DNA of 64,000 nt. It comes from Proteiniclasticum sp. (lineage in GTDB: Bacteria > Bacillota > Clostridia > Clostridiales > Clostridiaceae). This document shows, piece after piece, positions 19,885 through 30,389 of this stretch. The DNA lies in NCBI RefSeq assembly GCF_003514505.1, contig NZ_DOPX01000028.1:11964-75963 (forward strand). The letters run 5' to 3'. The notes under the pieces were generated by a model. The model did not search any database. It was not told the origin of the DNA and saw only the letters and a list, made by a program, of their open reading frames with translations. Within the stretch, counting starts at the first letter, position 1; the number at the start of each line of letters is the position of its first letter. The translations under genes and the position numbers were made by a program.

Positions 19885-20988
19885 TTAGATGCCGTCCATT
19901 TCTGCTAAAACTTCTTTATATGCCTTCATAAATCCGATGTTATGATCCATGGTGGAGATAGATACTCTGATATGACCTGGAATTCCAAGGAAGCCGCCAG
20001 GTCTTATGATATATCCTTTTTGCATGAGCCTTCTGAAAATCTCCATATCATCTCTTTTGGTGTCCCAGAGGATAAAGTTCGCATCCGTTACCACATAGGA
20101 CTGTCCCAGATCTTCCAGCTCTTTGTAGAAGAACTCTTTCCCTCTGGTGTTTTCTGTCACTACTTCATCTAAAAACTCTTCATCCTGAAGGGCTGCCACC
20201 GCAGCTTCCTGGGCAAAGAGATTCACATCAAAGGGATCCACCACCCGGTAGAAATATCCGATGAGCTCAGGATCTGCAAATCCATACCCTACTCTTAACG
20301 AAGCCATACCATAGGCTTTAGAGAAGGTTCTGAGCACAATGAGGTTTTTATAGGCGTCCAAATAGTTCAACGCGTCAAAGTAGTCTTCTCTTGTCACATA
20401 CTCCCTGTAAGCTTCGTCTAGAATCACCATGACAGAAGATGGCACGCTTTTCAGGAATGCTTCCAGCTCTTCTTTCCCAAAGGATGAACCTGTGGGATTG
20501 TTGGGATTGCAAAGATAAATGATCTTTGTTTTATCTGAAACCGCCTCCAGCATCAGGTCCAGATGGAGGGTCAGATCTTCCATGGCTGTTTTCACAACCT
20601 TTGCACCCATGAGCTTCGCATTGTCCTCATAACGTGAAAAGGAATGCTCCCCCATAATGATCTCATCCCCTGGATACAGAAAGGTGGACGAAATCACTTT
20701 AATCAGTGAATCTGATCCTCCTCCGATGATGATTTCTTCCATGGCTCTTCCGGTCCGAAGGCTCAGTTCATGACGTAAGCCGTAGGACCCTGAGTCCGGA
20801 TAAAGGCTGATGTCCTCCAGTGTTCTTTTCATCATTTCCTTTACTTTTGGGCTGGCACCCATGGGATTCTCATTGGATGCCATTTTAACAACAGTTTCCA
20901 GCCCCAGTTCACGCTTAACCTCAGAAATTGGCTTCCCCGCCACATAGCGTTTCATCGCCTTGATCTCTTCTCTGATTCTAAATTCCAT
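19885..20988 (-). CDS. hisC: Histidinol-phosphate aminotransferase (class II PLP enzyme)
   Basis: KMASNENP, NPNNPTG, DEAY, RTFSKAYGMASLRVGY. Confidence 0.9.
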   Translation of the reverse strand: MEFRIREEIKAMKRYVAGKPISEVKRELGLETVVKMASNENPMGASPKVKEMMKRTLEDISLYPDSGSYGLRHELSLRTGRAMEEIIIGGGSDSLIKVISSTFLYPGDEIIMGEHSFSRYEDNAKLMGAKVVKTAMEDLTLHLDLMLEAVSDKTKIIYLCNPNNPTGSSFGKEELEAFLKSVPSSVMVILDEAYREYVTREDYFDALNYLDAYKNLIVLRTFSKAYGMASLRVGYGFADPELIGYFYRVVDPFDVNLFAQEAAVAALQDEEFLDEVVTENTRGKEFFYKELEDLGQSYVVTDANFILWDTKRDDMEIFRRLMQKGYIIRPGGFLGIPGHIRVSISTMDHNIGFMKAYKEVLAEMDGI

Positions 20989-21148
20989 TTTCTTCCCCCT
21001 TGAATGAAATCGTATACTCCCATGATACCTTATGTACCTATGTCAATCAACCCGGGATTTTATTCTGGAATGTACTGGTTTCAGACAAAAAAAAGAAGGA
21101 GAGTTCTATTCAAAGAATCTTTCCTTCTAAACTTCTTAAGATCTATAA

Positions 21149-22066
21149 TTAGTCTTCCCCAACAATGAGCACTTCAGTGCAGAGCTCGACGTTGAACTTG
21201 TCCAGAACAGTAGACTGAATATAGCTGATGAGATTTAGCACATCTTTCGCCTCCGCATGGTCTTTGTTGATGACAAATCCGCTGTGCTTTTCAGAAACCT
21301 GAGCACCGCCAATCTGATATCCCTTCAGACCTGCATCCTGAATGAGTTTTCCTGCATAATGTCCTGTAGGTCTCTTAAATGTGCTTCCTGCAGAGGGAAA
21401 CTCCAGCGGCTGACGCTCTTCTCTTCTATGGGTAAGATCATCAATCTTTTCCTTGATGTCCTCTACCCTGCCTGGCGTGAGCTTGATTACCGCATCCAGC
21501 ACCACATAATTCTCCGTCTTAATGATGGATGTGCGGTACCCCATCTCCAGACTTTCTTTTTTCAGTGTAATCACTCTAAGATCTTTTGTGATCACCCGGA
21601 CACTTTCCAGCACAAAAGACATTTCTCCATCATAGGCACCTGCGTTCATAAACACCGCTCCACCCAGAGTCCCCGGAATACCGCAGGCAAACTCAAAGCC
21701 TGTGAGACTTGCATCAAGGGCTTTCTTGGAAATATCCTCCAGAAGCGCTCCACATTCTGCGACAATGGTGTCTTCTTTGACAGTGATGCCGTTGATTTTA
21801 TCTGTTTTAATGACAATTCCCCGGATTCCCCCATCCTTCACCAGAAGGTTGGAGCCATTTCCAATGAGGAAAGTAGGGATGTCTTTTTTTCTTACATATT
21901 CAATAATCTGAACCAGTTTATCCACAGAATTCGGTATAACCAGTACATCTGCAGTCCCGCCAATTTCAAACCAAGTATGGTTTCTCATGGGTTCGTCCAG
22001 TAAAATCTCCTCTTTGGTGAGGATCGATGCCAAATCTTCATAGGCATACAAATATTTGTTCATCAT
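21149..22066 (-). CDS. murB: UDP-N-acetylmuramate dehydrogenase
   Basis: GNGSNLL, GIPGTLGGAVFMNAGAY, QPLEFPSAGSTFKRP, SEKHSGFVIN. Confidence 0.97.
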   Translation of the reverse strand: MMNKYLYAYEDLASILTKEEILLDEPMRNHTWFEIGGTADVLVIPNSVDKLVQIIEYVRKKDIPTFLIGNGSNLLVKDGGIRGIVIKTDKINGITVKEDTIVAECGALLEDISKKALDASLTGFEFACGIPGTLGGAVFMNAGAYDGEMSFVLESVRVITKDLRVITLKKESLEMGYRTSIIKTENYVVLDAVIKLTPGRVEDIKEKIDDLTHRREERQPLEFPSAGSTFKRPTGHYAGKLIQDAGLKGYQIGGAQVSEKHSGFVINKDHAEAKDVLNLISYIQSTVLDKFNVELCTEVLIVGED

Positions 22067-22293
22067 CAGTGCTCCTTACAGTTCATTCCATCTATGCATT
22101 ATACACAATCCTGCGGAAGAAATAAATAGGCATTCGCACAGAATGAAAGACAAATGTTACTTGAGACTCTATGTATCTTTGTCTCTATCCCCATCATAGC
22201 GCTCTTCTTTGACGAAATGGTTAAGGAATCATGACGAGAAAAAAAATTGTGAATTTTTTCCTTCTTCCTGATAAAACCCTTTCCAGAATTCCA

Positions 22294-24198
22294 TCATTCT
22301 GACTGCGGATTTTGCAATGAACCTGCCTCTTTTTCTTTTCTGCCATGAAAATAGCTGTGGATACTCTTGGCGGTTTCCAGATTGATTCCTGGAGTTTTTT
22401 TCAGCTCCTCCACAGATGCCCCTCTTATGGCTTCAATGGAGCCAAACTTCATCATAAGATTCTTCCTTCTTCTCTCTCCCACTCGAGGAATATCTTCCAG
22501 AATGGAGTGAAGTGTTCTTTTATCCCGTAGAGTTCTATGATAGGTGATGGCAAACCGGTGGACTTCGTCCTGGATCCTTGTGAGGAGGTTTCTAGCCTCC
22601 TTGCGGTCTCTCAAGCCGTATTCCACATTATTATAGATGATGCCTCTTGTCCGATGTGCATCATCCTTCACAAGACCCATAACCGGAATTTCCAGCCCCA
22701 GCTCCTGCATCACTTCCAGCGCAATGTTCACCTGCCCTTTTCCACCGTCCATAATGATCAGATCTGGAAAAATAGAGAACTTTCCGCCCTGGTAATCCAG
22801 TTTCTGGGCTTGTATCTCTCGAATCTCATTGAGGCCGCGCTGAAAACGCCTGGTGAGAATTTCCCTCATAGAATCATAGTCGTTGGCGCCTTTCACGGTT
22901 TTGATCTTGAATCTTCGATAGTCGCTCTTTTTAAACTTGTGATCTTCATAAACCACCATGGTGCCGACAGAATCCACCCCTTGGATGTTCGAGATGTCAT
23001 AGGCTTCCAGCCTCCGCGGCAGATCCTCCAGCTCCAGCAGTGTGGCAAGATCCGTTAGAGCTTCCATGTTGCTCTCATACTCGCTGAGGATTTTTTCCTT
23101 GAACTGCTCCATGGTGGCTCTGGCATTACTCTCTGCCAAAGTAAGCATATTGAGCTTCTCTCCTCTTTTGGGTGTGTGGAGCAGAACATTCTTTCCTCTT
23201 CTCATCTCCAGCCATTTCTGGAGCACCTCTTCCGTAATCTCCACTCTAGTGTAGATACTCTTGGGCACGAAAGCCGTACCGCTGTAATAACTCTTCATAA
23301 AATCCATGAGAATGATCTCATCTTCTTCCTTGGCGAAGCCTTTCAGAATATGGTGCTCTCTGCCCATGAGTTTTCCATCCCGTACATTAAAGACCTGTAC
23401 GGAGACATCCTCTTCGTCCTTGAAGAGACCAATATAGTCCTCGTCGTCGATTCTACCTGTGAAAATTTTCTGTTTCTGCACCGTCTTCTCAATGGAAAGC
23501 AGTTTGTCCCGAAGTCCTGCAGCACGTTCAAAATCAAGCTTTTCAGCCGCTTCCATCATCTCATCCTTGAGACTCTTTTTGATTTTCACATCTTTTCCTT
23601 CCAGAAGACGGATGATATCTTCGATCATAAAGCCATACTCTTCCTTAGAGATGTATCCCGCACAAGGTGCTTTACAAAGACCCAGATGATAATTGAGGCA
23701 TGGCTTTGTTCTTTCTCCGAACTCCAGAATGATTCTTTTACAGGTCCGGATGGGATAAATCTTCTTGATGGTATCAAGGGTTTCATGGACCGCTGTGGCA
23801 TCGGTGTAGGGACCGAAATACCGGTTCCCATCCTTGGCAAAGGTCCTTGTCACGTAAACCCTTGGAAAATCCTCATTGGTGGTGATCTTAATGAAGGGAA
23901 AGTGCTTGTCATCTTTCAGCAGCACATTATATCGGGGACTGTATTTTTTAATGAGGTTCATCTCGAGAATCAGCGCTTCCATCTCGCTGTCCGTAAGGAT
24001 ATACTCAAACTCCGCCACTTTACTGACCATGACTCTGGTTTTTTCCGAGTGGTTTTTGGAGTTCAGAAAATACGACTTCACTCTCTTTTTGAGATTCTTC
24101 GCTTTTCCTACATAGATGATCTCACCCAATTCATTTTTCATAAGGTATACGCCCGGATTATCCGGGAGTATACTCAGCTGATAGTCAAAATCAAACAC
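22294..24198 (-). CDS. uvrC: Excinuclease ABC subunit C
   Basis: PGVYLMK, YVGKAKNL (GIY-YIG), DISN, DGGKGQ, RIQDEVHRFAI. Likely GTG start at 24198 with AGGTGA RBS (ORF track extends to 24276). Confidence 0.96.
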   Translation of the reverse strand: MFDFDYQLSILPDNPGVYLMKNELGEIIYVGKAKNLKKRVKSYFLNSKNHSEKTRVMVSKVAEFEYILTDSEMEALILEMNLIKKYSPRYNVLLKDDKHFPFIKITTNEDFPRVYVTRTFAKDGNRYFGPYTDATAVHETLDTIKKIYPIRTCKRIILEFGERTKPCLNYHLGLCKAPCAGYISKEEYGFMIEDIIRLLEGKDVKIKKSLKDEMMEAAEKLDFERAAGLRDKLLSIEKTVQKQKIFTGRIDDEDYIGLFKDEEDVSVQVFNVRDGKLMGREHHILKGFAKEEDEIILMDFMKSYYSGTAFVPKSIYTRVEITEEVLQKWLEMRRGKNVLLHTPKRGEKLNMLTLAESNARATMEQFKEKILSEYESNMEALTDLATLLELEDLPRRLEAYDISNIQGVDSVGTMVVYEDHKFKKSDYRRFKIKTVKGANDYDSMREILTRRFQRGLNEIREIQAQKLDYQGGKFSIFPDLIIMDGGKGQVNIALEVMQELGLEIPVMGLVKDDAHRTRGIIYNNVEYGLRDRKEARNLLTRIQDEVHRFAITYHRTLRDKRTLHSILEDIPRVGERRRKNLMMKFGSIEAIRGASVEELKKTPGINLETAKSIHSYFHGRKEKEAGSLQNPQSE

Positions 24199-24202
24199 TT
24201 CA

Positions 24203-25699
24203 TCACCTGTTTTCTGTGTACCAGCGCATGAGCTCTGTGGCGATGGAGGCAGCTTTTCCGCCACCTGAACCACCATCCAGTACCACCACAGCTACAGCAA
24301 TCTGAGGATCCTCATAAGGAGCGAAGCCCACAAACCAGGAATTCACCACCTCGATTTTTGTGCCGTCGGTCTTCTGGTAGAAATCCTGGGCTGTCCCTGT
24401 CTTTCCAGCTCCCCGCAGTTTTGCCAAAGCTTTCATGGTCTCATTTCTGCTGGTATCCACATTATTTTTCATATAGGTTTTCACCGTCTGGGCAGTTTCT
24501 GTATCCGCTACAGTATTGTACAGTTTCGGTTCAAACTTCTCTTTCTGGGTTCCATCGTATTTCAGAACAGAATTCACCATCATCGGTGTCATAAGGTTCC
24601 CATCATTGGCTATGGCGGAAGCCACCATGGCCATCTGAAGCGGAGAGGCCGAAACCCCCGTCTGTCCCACTCCCGAGGCAGCCAATGCACCGTCCTCATT
24701 TTTAGGATACTTGGGTGCCTTGGAAGTGCTCATATTGAGGAAGGGGAAGGACTGCTCCTTATTGAATCCAAACCGCTCCGCCACTTCCGCCAGGGATTCT
24801 CCACCAAGCTCGATGGCCAGGGTGCCGAACACCACATTGGAGGAAACCGCAAAGGCCTCCTTCAGCTTGATGTTGCCATGGATAGTTCCATTGACGTTGG
24901 GCAGATCCTTTCCTACATTGACATCCAGCTTTCCATTATCTTTAAAAGTCCTCTCTTCAATGCCATCCAGCTTTTCCAAAGCTGCAAGAAGCGTAATGAT
25001 CTTATAGGTAGAACCAGGCGCATAACTTCCTCTGGCTGCAGTGTTTAAGAACACACCATCATCATACTGCTTCTCATTAAGAGATGCATAATTCTCCTTG
25101 AGCCCGTTGGGGTCATAGCTGGGTCTGTTCACCATGGCCAGGATTTCTCCTGTTTTAGGGTTCATGGCCACGATGGCTCCTTTTTCTCCCAATTCATCTC
25201 CTAGAAGATCATAGGCTCTCCACTGGAGCTCCTGATCTAAAGTTGTGACAACGCTGTTTCCTTCTTTGGTTCTGTTTAAAACAGAGGAAGGATCCTTCAG
25301 CATCTCCAGAAAGCCTTCCTTAGAAAAATCAAAGACAAACTCGTCCTTGGTGAGAATGTCATCCAAAGCGTATTCCAGCCCAGTGACCGTATTTCTCTGC
25401 TCATACCCAAGGACCTGAGCAAAGGCTTCTGCCCCCTGATAGATTCTTTTTTGTGTGTTGTCCGACTGCCGTTCACTATAAGTCAGCACTTTTCCATTTC
25501 TATCAAAAATTGCGCCTCTTAGTATCTCATTTCTTTTGGCCTGCTCTCTCACATTTCCAGGTTTTGCAGCAATCTCTTCTGCCTGAACACCATGGAAATA
25601 GAGCATATAGCCCATGATACCCATGAAGAGGGCAAGAATCACAGCGGAGATGACTTTGATATTTCTGTTCAGTGCTTTTTTTCGTTCCAGTTCATTCAT
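24203..25699 (-). CDS. Class B penicillin-binding protein (PbpA-like transpeptidase)
   Basis: N-terminal membrane helix; PGSTYK (SxxK), SSN, KTGTA. Confidence 0.92.
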   Translation of the reverse strand: MNELERKKALNRNIKVISAVILALFMGIMGYMLYFHGVQAEEIAAKPGNVREQAKRNEILRGAIFDRNGKVLTYSERQSDNTQKRIYQGAEAFAQVLGYEQRNTVTGLEYALDDILTKDEFVFDFSKEGFLEMLKDPSSVLNRTKEGNSVVTTLDQELQWRAYDLLGDELGEKGAIVAMNPKTGEILAMVNRPSYDPNGLKENYASLNEKQYDDGVFLNTAARGSYAPGSTYKIITLLAALEKLDGIEERTFKDNGKLDVNVGKDLPNVNGTIHGNIKLKEAFAVSSNVVFGTLAIELGGESLAEVAERFGFNKEQSFPFLNMSTSKAPKYPKNEDGALAASGVGQTGVSASPLQMAMVASAIANDGNLMTPMMVNSVLKYDGTQKEKFEPKLYNTVADTETAQTVKTYMKNNVDTSRNETMKALAKLRGAGKTGTAQDFYQKTDGTKIEVVNSWFVGFAPYEDPQIAVAVVVLDGGSGGGKAASIATELMRWYTENR

Positions 25700-26895
25700 G
25701 ACGTCGCCTCCTCTGAAATTTTCTGAATGATGCCAAGGCTGAAGAAAACCGTCAGCATGGAAGTTCCACCGTAGCTGATCAAGGGCAGTGTAATACCTGT
25801 CAGAGGAATCATATTCAGCACACCACCGATGATGACAATGACCTGCATGGCAATCATCACGGAAAACCCTACTGCAAGAAGGGATGTAAAAGTGGACGTC
25901 GCCTTCAGCGCACTTCTGATATTCCGGTAGAACATCAGAAAATAAATGATGAGAATGAGGAAGGCAAAGATCATGCCGAGCTCCTCCACGATCACCGCAA
26001 AGATATAGTCCGATTCACGGACAGGAATATACTGCGGAGCCCCATGTCCAAGGCCGCTTCCAAAGAGACCACCCGACGCCATGGCATAAAGCCCCTGGAC
26101 AATCTGATAGCTTTCATTCTGTGCATACTCCCAAGGATTTCTCCAGATCATCACACGTCTTCTGATATGGGGAAAGATAAAGTAGCTGAGGACAGCGCCT
26201 ACAGCACCAATGCCGAAAGAAGCCAGTAAATACTTTACCTTGGATGTTGCCGCAAAGATCATGGCGATGCCAATGAAGGCAAAAATCATGGCAGAGCCCA
26301 GATCTCTCTGAAGAACCATGAACCCAATGGATACCAGGACAATGATTCCTGGCTCAATGAGGGATTTCAGCGTCTTGAAATCCTTCAGACTGCTGGCTAG
26401 ATAAAAAACGAAGAAGATCTTCCCAAACTCCGAGGGCTGGAAAGAGATAAACCCTAAGTCCACCCAGTTTTTAGCACCATATCGGGTTTCGCCGATGAAG
26501 GTGGCCATGGCCATGAAGACCACAGTTCCCACCAGATACAGGTACCTGAACTTCATAAAGCGTTTCAGATCCGGAAGTACGATCACCAGGGAAATATAGG
26601 TGCTGATACCGATGATAAACCACAGCACCTGTTTGATGGCGATGGAAGGATTCAGTCTGTAAAGTACCGCGATACCAATGACAGGCAGCACCGAAACAAA
26701 CGTTACAAGGAACTTGTCTCCATTCCCGAAAAATTTATTGATGACAAAATGGGCATAGGCAATGAGTACACACATGACCCCTGCCATGACCATGGCCCCG
26801 ATATCAAATACCGGCTGGAAGATGGCAATATTGAAAAAGAGCCCAAAAGTTAAAAGAAAAATGGGCATCAGCATTCTGATTTTAGAATCTCTCAT
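25696..26895 (-). CDS. rodA: SEDS family (FtsW/RodA/SpoVE) peptidoglycan polymerase
   Basis: QPSEFGK, QRDLG, GGLFGSGLG, PLTGITLPLISYGG. Confidence 0.9.
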   Translation of the reverse strand: MRDSKIRMLMPIFLLTFGLFFNIAIFQPVFDIGAMVMAGVMCVLIAYAHFVINKFFGNGDKFLVTFVSVLPVIGIAVLYRLNPSIAIKQVLWFIIGISTYISLVIVLPDLKRFMKFRYLYLVGTVVFMAMATFIGETRYGAKNWVDLGFISFQPSEFGKIFFVFYLASSLKDFKTLKSLIEPGIIVLVSIGFMVLQRDLGSAMIFAFIGIAMIFAATSKVKYLLASFGIGAVGAVLSYFIFPHIRRRVMIWRNPWEYAQNESYQIVQGLYAMASGGLFGSGLGHGAPQYIPVRESDYIFAVIVEELGMIFAFLILIIYFLMFYRNIRSALKATSTFTSLLAVGFSVMIAMQVIVIIGGVLNMIPLTGITLPLISYGGTSMLTVFFSLGIIQKISEEATS

Positions 26896-26904
26896 GGTAT
26901 CCTC

Positions 26905-27336
26905 CTAGAGCATTTTCACCTTCATGGTGAGATTGCCCACTTTAATCACGTCATCTCTCTTGAGATACGTCTTCTGTTTCAGTTTCTTGTCATTGAGAAG
27001 GGTCCCATTGGTGGATTCATTGTCCTCAATGACAAACCGCCCTTCATGGGGAAAAATCCGGAAATGGTATCCTGAGACATAGGGGTCTTCCAGCACCACT
27101 GTATTGTCTTCTTTTCTGCCGAAGGTGGTCTCTTCTTTGATGTTGAACTTTCCCCCTTCGCTGAGTTTATGATTCTCCCCGGTCCGGAGGATAAGAAGCT
27201 GCAGAGCTTTCTCCCTCACAACCTCCTCTCCGCTCATGTCTTTTGACATGAGAATCAGAGACCGGATGATGATATATAAAAGAATAAGGACGAAAAAACC
27301 TGTAAAAACCAATCCAATAAATCGTTCGATATCCAT
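26905..27336 (-). CDS. Membrane-anchored FHA-domain protein
   Basis: N-terminal TM helix; FGR, VSGYH, STNGT FHA motifs; GGAGG RBS before ATG 27336. Confidence 0.9.
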   Translation of the reverse strand: MDIERFIGLVFTGFFVLILLYIIIRSLILMSKDMSGEEVVREKALQLLILRTGENHKLSEGGKFNIKEETTFGRKEDNTVVLEDPYVSGYHFRIFPHEGRFVIEDNESTNGTLLNDKKLKQKTYLKRDDVIKVGNLTMKVKML

Positions 27337-27487
27337 ATAAAGCCTCCTTGCACATTGCATTGATATTCCTATTTTACTAGGAAAACATGAAGAATCTTTG
27401 AAATCATTCTAAAATTCTGTTAGGACTATTCTACTAGAAGTCTGAAGAATCTGCCATGAAAGTCATAGAAATACAGAAAAACTAAAG

Positions 27488-27546
27488 AAAAGGCTCCCTC
27501 TCCAGGATTAGGTCCGAAGAAATCCGCCCTGGAAAAGGAGTCTTTT
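27488..27546 (-). terminator. Hairpin/terminator after uvrA
   Basis: AAAAGGCTCC...CCAGG...CCTGG...GGAGTCTTTT imperfect inverted repeat flanked by A/T tracts. Confidence 0.55.
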
Positions 27547-30366
27547 TTACAGCATTTTTTTCAGGTAGAGTCCTGTGTAAGAGTTTTCGTTCATTGCCAC
27601 TTCTTCCGGTGTGCCCACAGCAAGGAGGGTACCCCCTTTGTCTCCACCCTCTGGACCCAGATCTATGATATGATCTGCGCATTTGATGATATCGAGGTTA
27701 TGCTCAATGACGATGACACTATTTCCTAAAGAAACCAGCTTCTGGAGTATTTCGTTCAGTCTCTTCACATCATCCGTGTGAAGTCCCGTGGTGGGTTCAT
27801 CCAGAATATAGAGGGTCTGGCCTGTGCTGACTTTAGACAGCTCATAGGCGAGCTTGATTCTCTGGGCTTCTCCTCCGGAGAGCTGCGTAGAAGGCTGTCC
27901 CATCTTAACGTAGCCCATACCTACATCCATAAGTGTTTCAATCTTTCTATGGATGGAAGGAAGGTTCTCAAAGAACCGCTCTGCTTCTTCCACGGTCATT
28001 TCCAAGACATCTGCGATGTTCTTTCCTTTGTATTTCACTTCCAGGGTTTCTCGGTTGTACCGCTTTCCTTTACATACTTCACAGGGTACATAGACATCCG
28101 AAAGGAACTGCATTTCAATCTTGATGATTCCGTCTCCGCTGCAGGCTTCACATCTTCCCCCCTTCACATTGAAGGAGAATCTGCCTGGCTTATAGCCTCT
28201 TGCTTTGGCTTCCGGAGTATTGGCATAAAGATCTCTGATCTTATCGAAGACGCCTGTATAGGTGGCAGGATTGGAGCGTGGGGTTCTGCCGATGGGGCTT
28301 TGGTCAATGTCGATGATCTTATCAATGTATTCGATCCCCGTCACCGCATCGTGCCTTCCTGGAAGGACTCTTGCCTTGTTCACCTTCCGATGTACGGCTT
28401 TATAAAGAATCTCATTGACCAGGGTGGATTTCCCGGATCCTGAAACCCCTGTCACGGCCACCAGCTTTCTCAGTGGAAATTCAACGGTGAGGTCCTTCAG
28501 ATTGTTCTCCTTTGCACCTTTTACAATAATGTGTGTTCCGTCACCAGGTCTTCTTTCTGAAGGCACCTCAATTTTCATCTCTCCTGTGAGATACTTCGCG
28601 GTGATGCTCTTCTTTGATCTCATGACCTGCTTCACCGTTCCCTTGGCAACCACCTCACCACCGTGCTCTCCTGCACCTGGTCCGATGTCCACAATATAGT
28701 CCGCATTTCGGATGGTGTCCTCGTCGTGCTCTACCACCACAAGGGTATTCCCGTTGTCCCGTAGCGCTTTCAAGGTTTCAATGAGCTTATCGTTGTCTCT
28801 TTGATGAAGCCCGATGGACGGCTCATCCAGAATGTAGAGCACTCCCATGAGGCTGGAACCAATCTGGGTGGCCAGGCGGATTCTCTGGGCTTCTCCTCCA
28901 GAGAGCGTTCCAGCATTTCTGGCCAGATTCAGATAATCCAGTCCCACATTCACCAGAAACTGAAGCCTGGCTTCTACTTCTCTCATAATCTGCTCGCCAA
29001 TCATCACCTGACGCTCCGTGAGCTCATAGCTTCTGATGAAGTTCAGCGCTTCCTGAATGCTCATGGTGGTGAACTCAAAGATATTCTTTCCTGCGATGGT
29101 CACGGAGAGCACCTCCGGCTTCAGCCTTGCTCCATTACAGGTTGGACAGGGGTTGCTGCTCATAAACTGCTCAATCTCGCCCTTGATGTAATCGGAGCAG
29201 CTTTCCATATAGCGCCTCTTGAGGTTGTTCACTTCCCCTTCATAGGCATACATGTATTCTCCTTTGGAATAATTCTTGGTATAGAATACTTTTAGCTTTT
29301 TGCCTCTGGTTCCATAAAGAAGAATATCCACAACTTCATCGCTTAGATCTTCGATCGGGGTATTGAGATCAAACTTATACTCTTTGGAAAGCGCCTGAAG
29401 AATACCATATGTCCAGGAATCTTCCTTCAGTCTGCTGTCTCCCCAGGAGGCCATGGCCCCATCCATGATGCTTTTTGTTCTGTCTGGAATCACAAGGTTC
29501 TCATCGATCTCAAGAAGCGTTCCCAGACCATCACAGTGCTCACATTTTCCGTAAGGAGCATTGAAGGAGAACAGCCTTGGTTCCAGCTCCTCCAGCCCGA
29601 TGTTATGCTCTGGGCAAGCGAACTTTTCGGAGAATATCTGATCCTCCCCATCGATGACACTGATGATGACGGTTCCTTCCCCCAGTTTCAGCGCCTGCTC
29701 TATTGACTCAGTCAGTCTTCCCTTGATATCTTCGCGGATGACCAGTCTGTCCACCACTGCTTCAATATTATGTTTCAGGGTCTTTTTCAGATTCACTTCC
29801 TCTTCCGTGATGTCCACAATGATTCCGTCAATCCTTGCTCGGACATATCCGGATTTCTTGATGGTCTCAAAAATCTTTTCGTGCTCTCCCTTTTTCCCTT
29901 TGATCATGGGCGCCAGCACATGGATTCTTGTCCTTTCCGGAAGCTCCATGATCTTATCCACCATCTGGTCCACACTCTGAGAAGAGATCTCCCGGTGGCA
30001 GATGGGACAGTGGGGAACACCGAGCCTGGCATAGAGAAGTCTCAGATAATCATAGATCTCTGTGACGGTCCCCACCGTGGATCTCGGATTTTTCGAAGTG
30101 GTTTTCTGATCAATGGCAATGGAAGGGCTGAGTCCTTCTATGGACTCCACATCCGGTTTGTCCATCTGGCCAAGAAACTGCCTTGCATAGGAAGACAGGG
30201 ACTCCACATATCTTCTCTGACCCTCCGCATAAAGAGTGTCAAAAGCCAGAGAAGACTTGCCTGACCCGGATAAGCCCGTCAGAACCACCAGTTTGTCTCT
30301 TGGGATCTCCACATCAATATTCTTCAGGTTATTCACTTTTGCGCCTTTGATGACAATATTTCTCAT
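27547..30366 (-). CDS. uvrA: Excinuclease ABC subunit A
   Basis: Two Walker A motifs ([16 protein letters not shown]), LSGGEAQRI twice, Cys zinc fingers. Confidence 0.98.
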   Translation of the reverse strand: MRNIVIKGAKVNNLKNIDVEIPRDKLVVLTGLSGSGKSSLAFDTLYAEGQRRYVESLSSYARQFLGQMDKPDVESIEGLSPSIAIDQKTTSKNPRSTVGTVTEIYDYLRLLYARLGVPHCPICHREISSQSVDQMVDKIMELPERTRIHVLAPMIKGKKGEHEKIFETIKKSGYVRARIDGIIVDITEEEVNLKKTLKHNIEAVVDRLVIREDIKGRLTESIEQALKLGEGTVIISVIDGEDQIFSEKFACPEHNIGLEELEPRLFSFNAPYGKCEHCDGLGTLLEIDENLVIPDRTKSIMDGAMASWGDSRLKEDSWTYGILQALSKEYKFDLNTPIEDLSDEVVDILLYGTRGKKLKVFYTKNYSKGEYMYAYEGEVNNLKRRYMESCSDYIKGEIEQFMSSNPCPTCNGARLKPEVLSVTIAGKNIFEFTTMSIQEALNFIRSYELTERQVMIGEQIMREVEARLQFLVNVGLDYLNLARNAGTLSGGEAQRIRLATQIGSSLMGVLYILDEPSIGLHQRDNDKLIETLKALRDNGNTLVVVEHDEDTIRNADYIVDIGPGAGEHGGEVVAKGTVKQVMRSKKSITAKYLTGEMKIEVPSERRPGDGTHIIVKGAKENNLKDLTVEFPLRKLVAVTGVSGSGKSTLVNEILYKAVHRKVNKARVLPGRHDAVTGIEYIDKIIDIDQSPIGRTPRSNPATYTGVFDKIRDLYANTPEAKARGYKPGRFSFNVKGGRCEACSGDGIIKIEMQFLSDVYVPCEVCKGKRYNRETLEVKYKGKNIADVLEMTVEEAERFFENLPSIHRKIETLMDVGMGYVKMGQPSTQLSGGEAQRIKLAYELSKVSTGQTLYILDEPTTGLHTDDVKRLNEILQKLVSLGNSVIVIEHNLDIIKCADHIIDLGPEGGDKGGTLLAVGTPEEVAMNENSYTGLYLKKML

Positions 30367-30389
30367 ATTTTACTCCTACCTGCGGAAAG

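Noticed and set aside
23176..24231. 351-aa plus-strand ORF (likewise 31365-32276, 35580-36386, 15609-16397, 21257-22003)
   Set aside because: Each lies almost entirely antisense to clear genes (uvrC, uvrB, ftsEX, GH161-like, murB); explained by codon bias.
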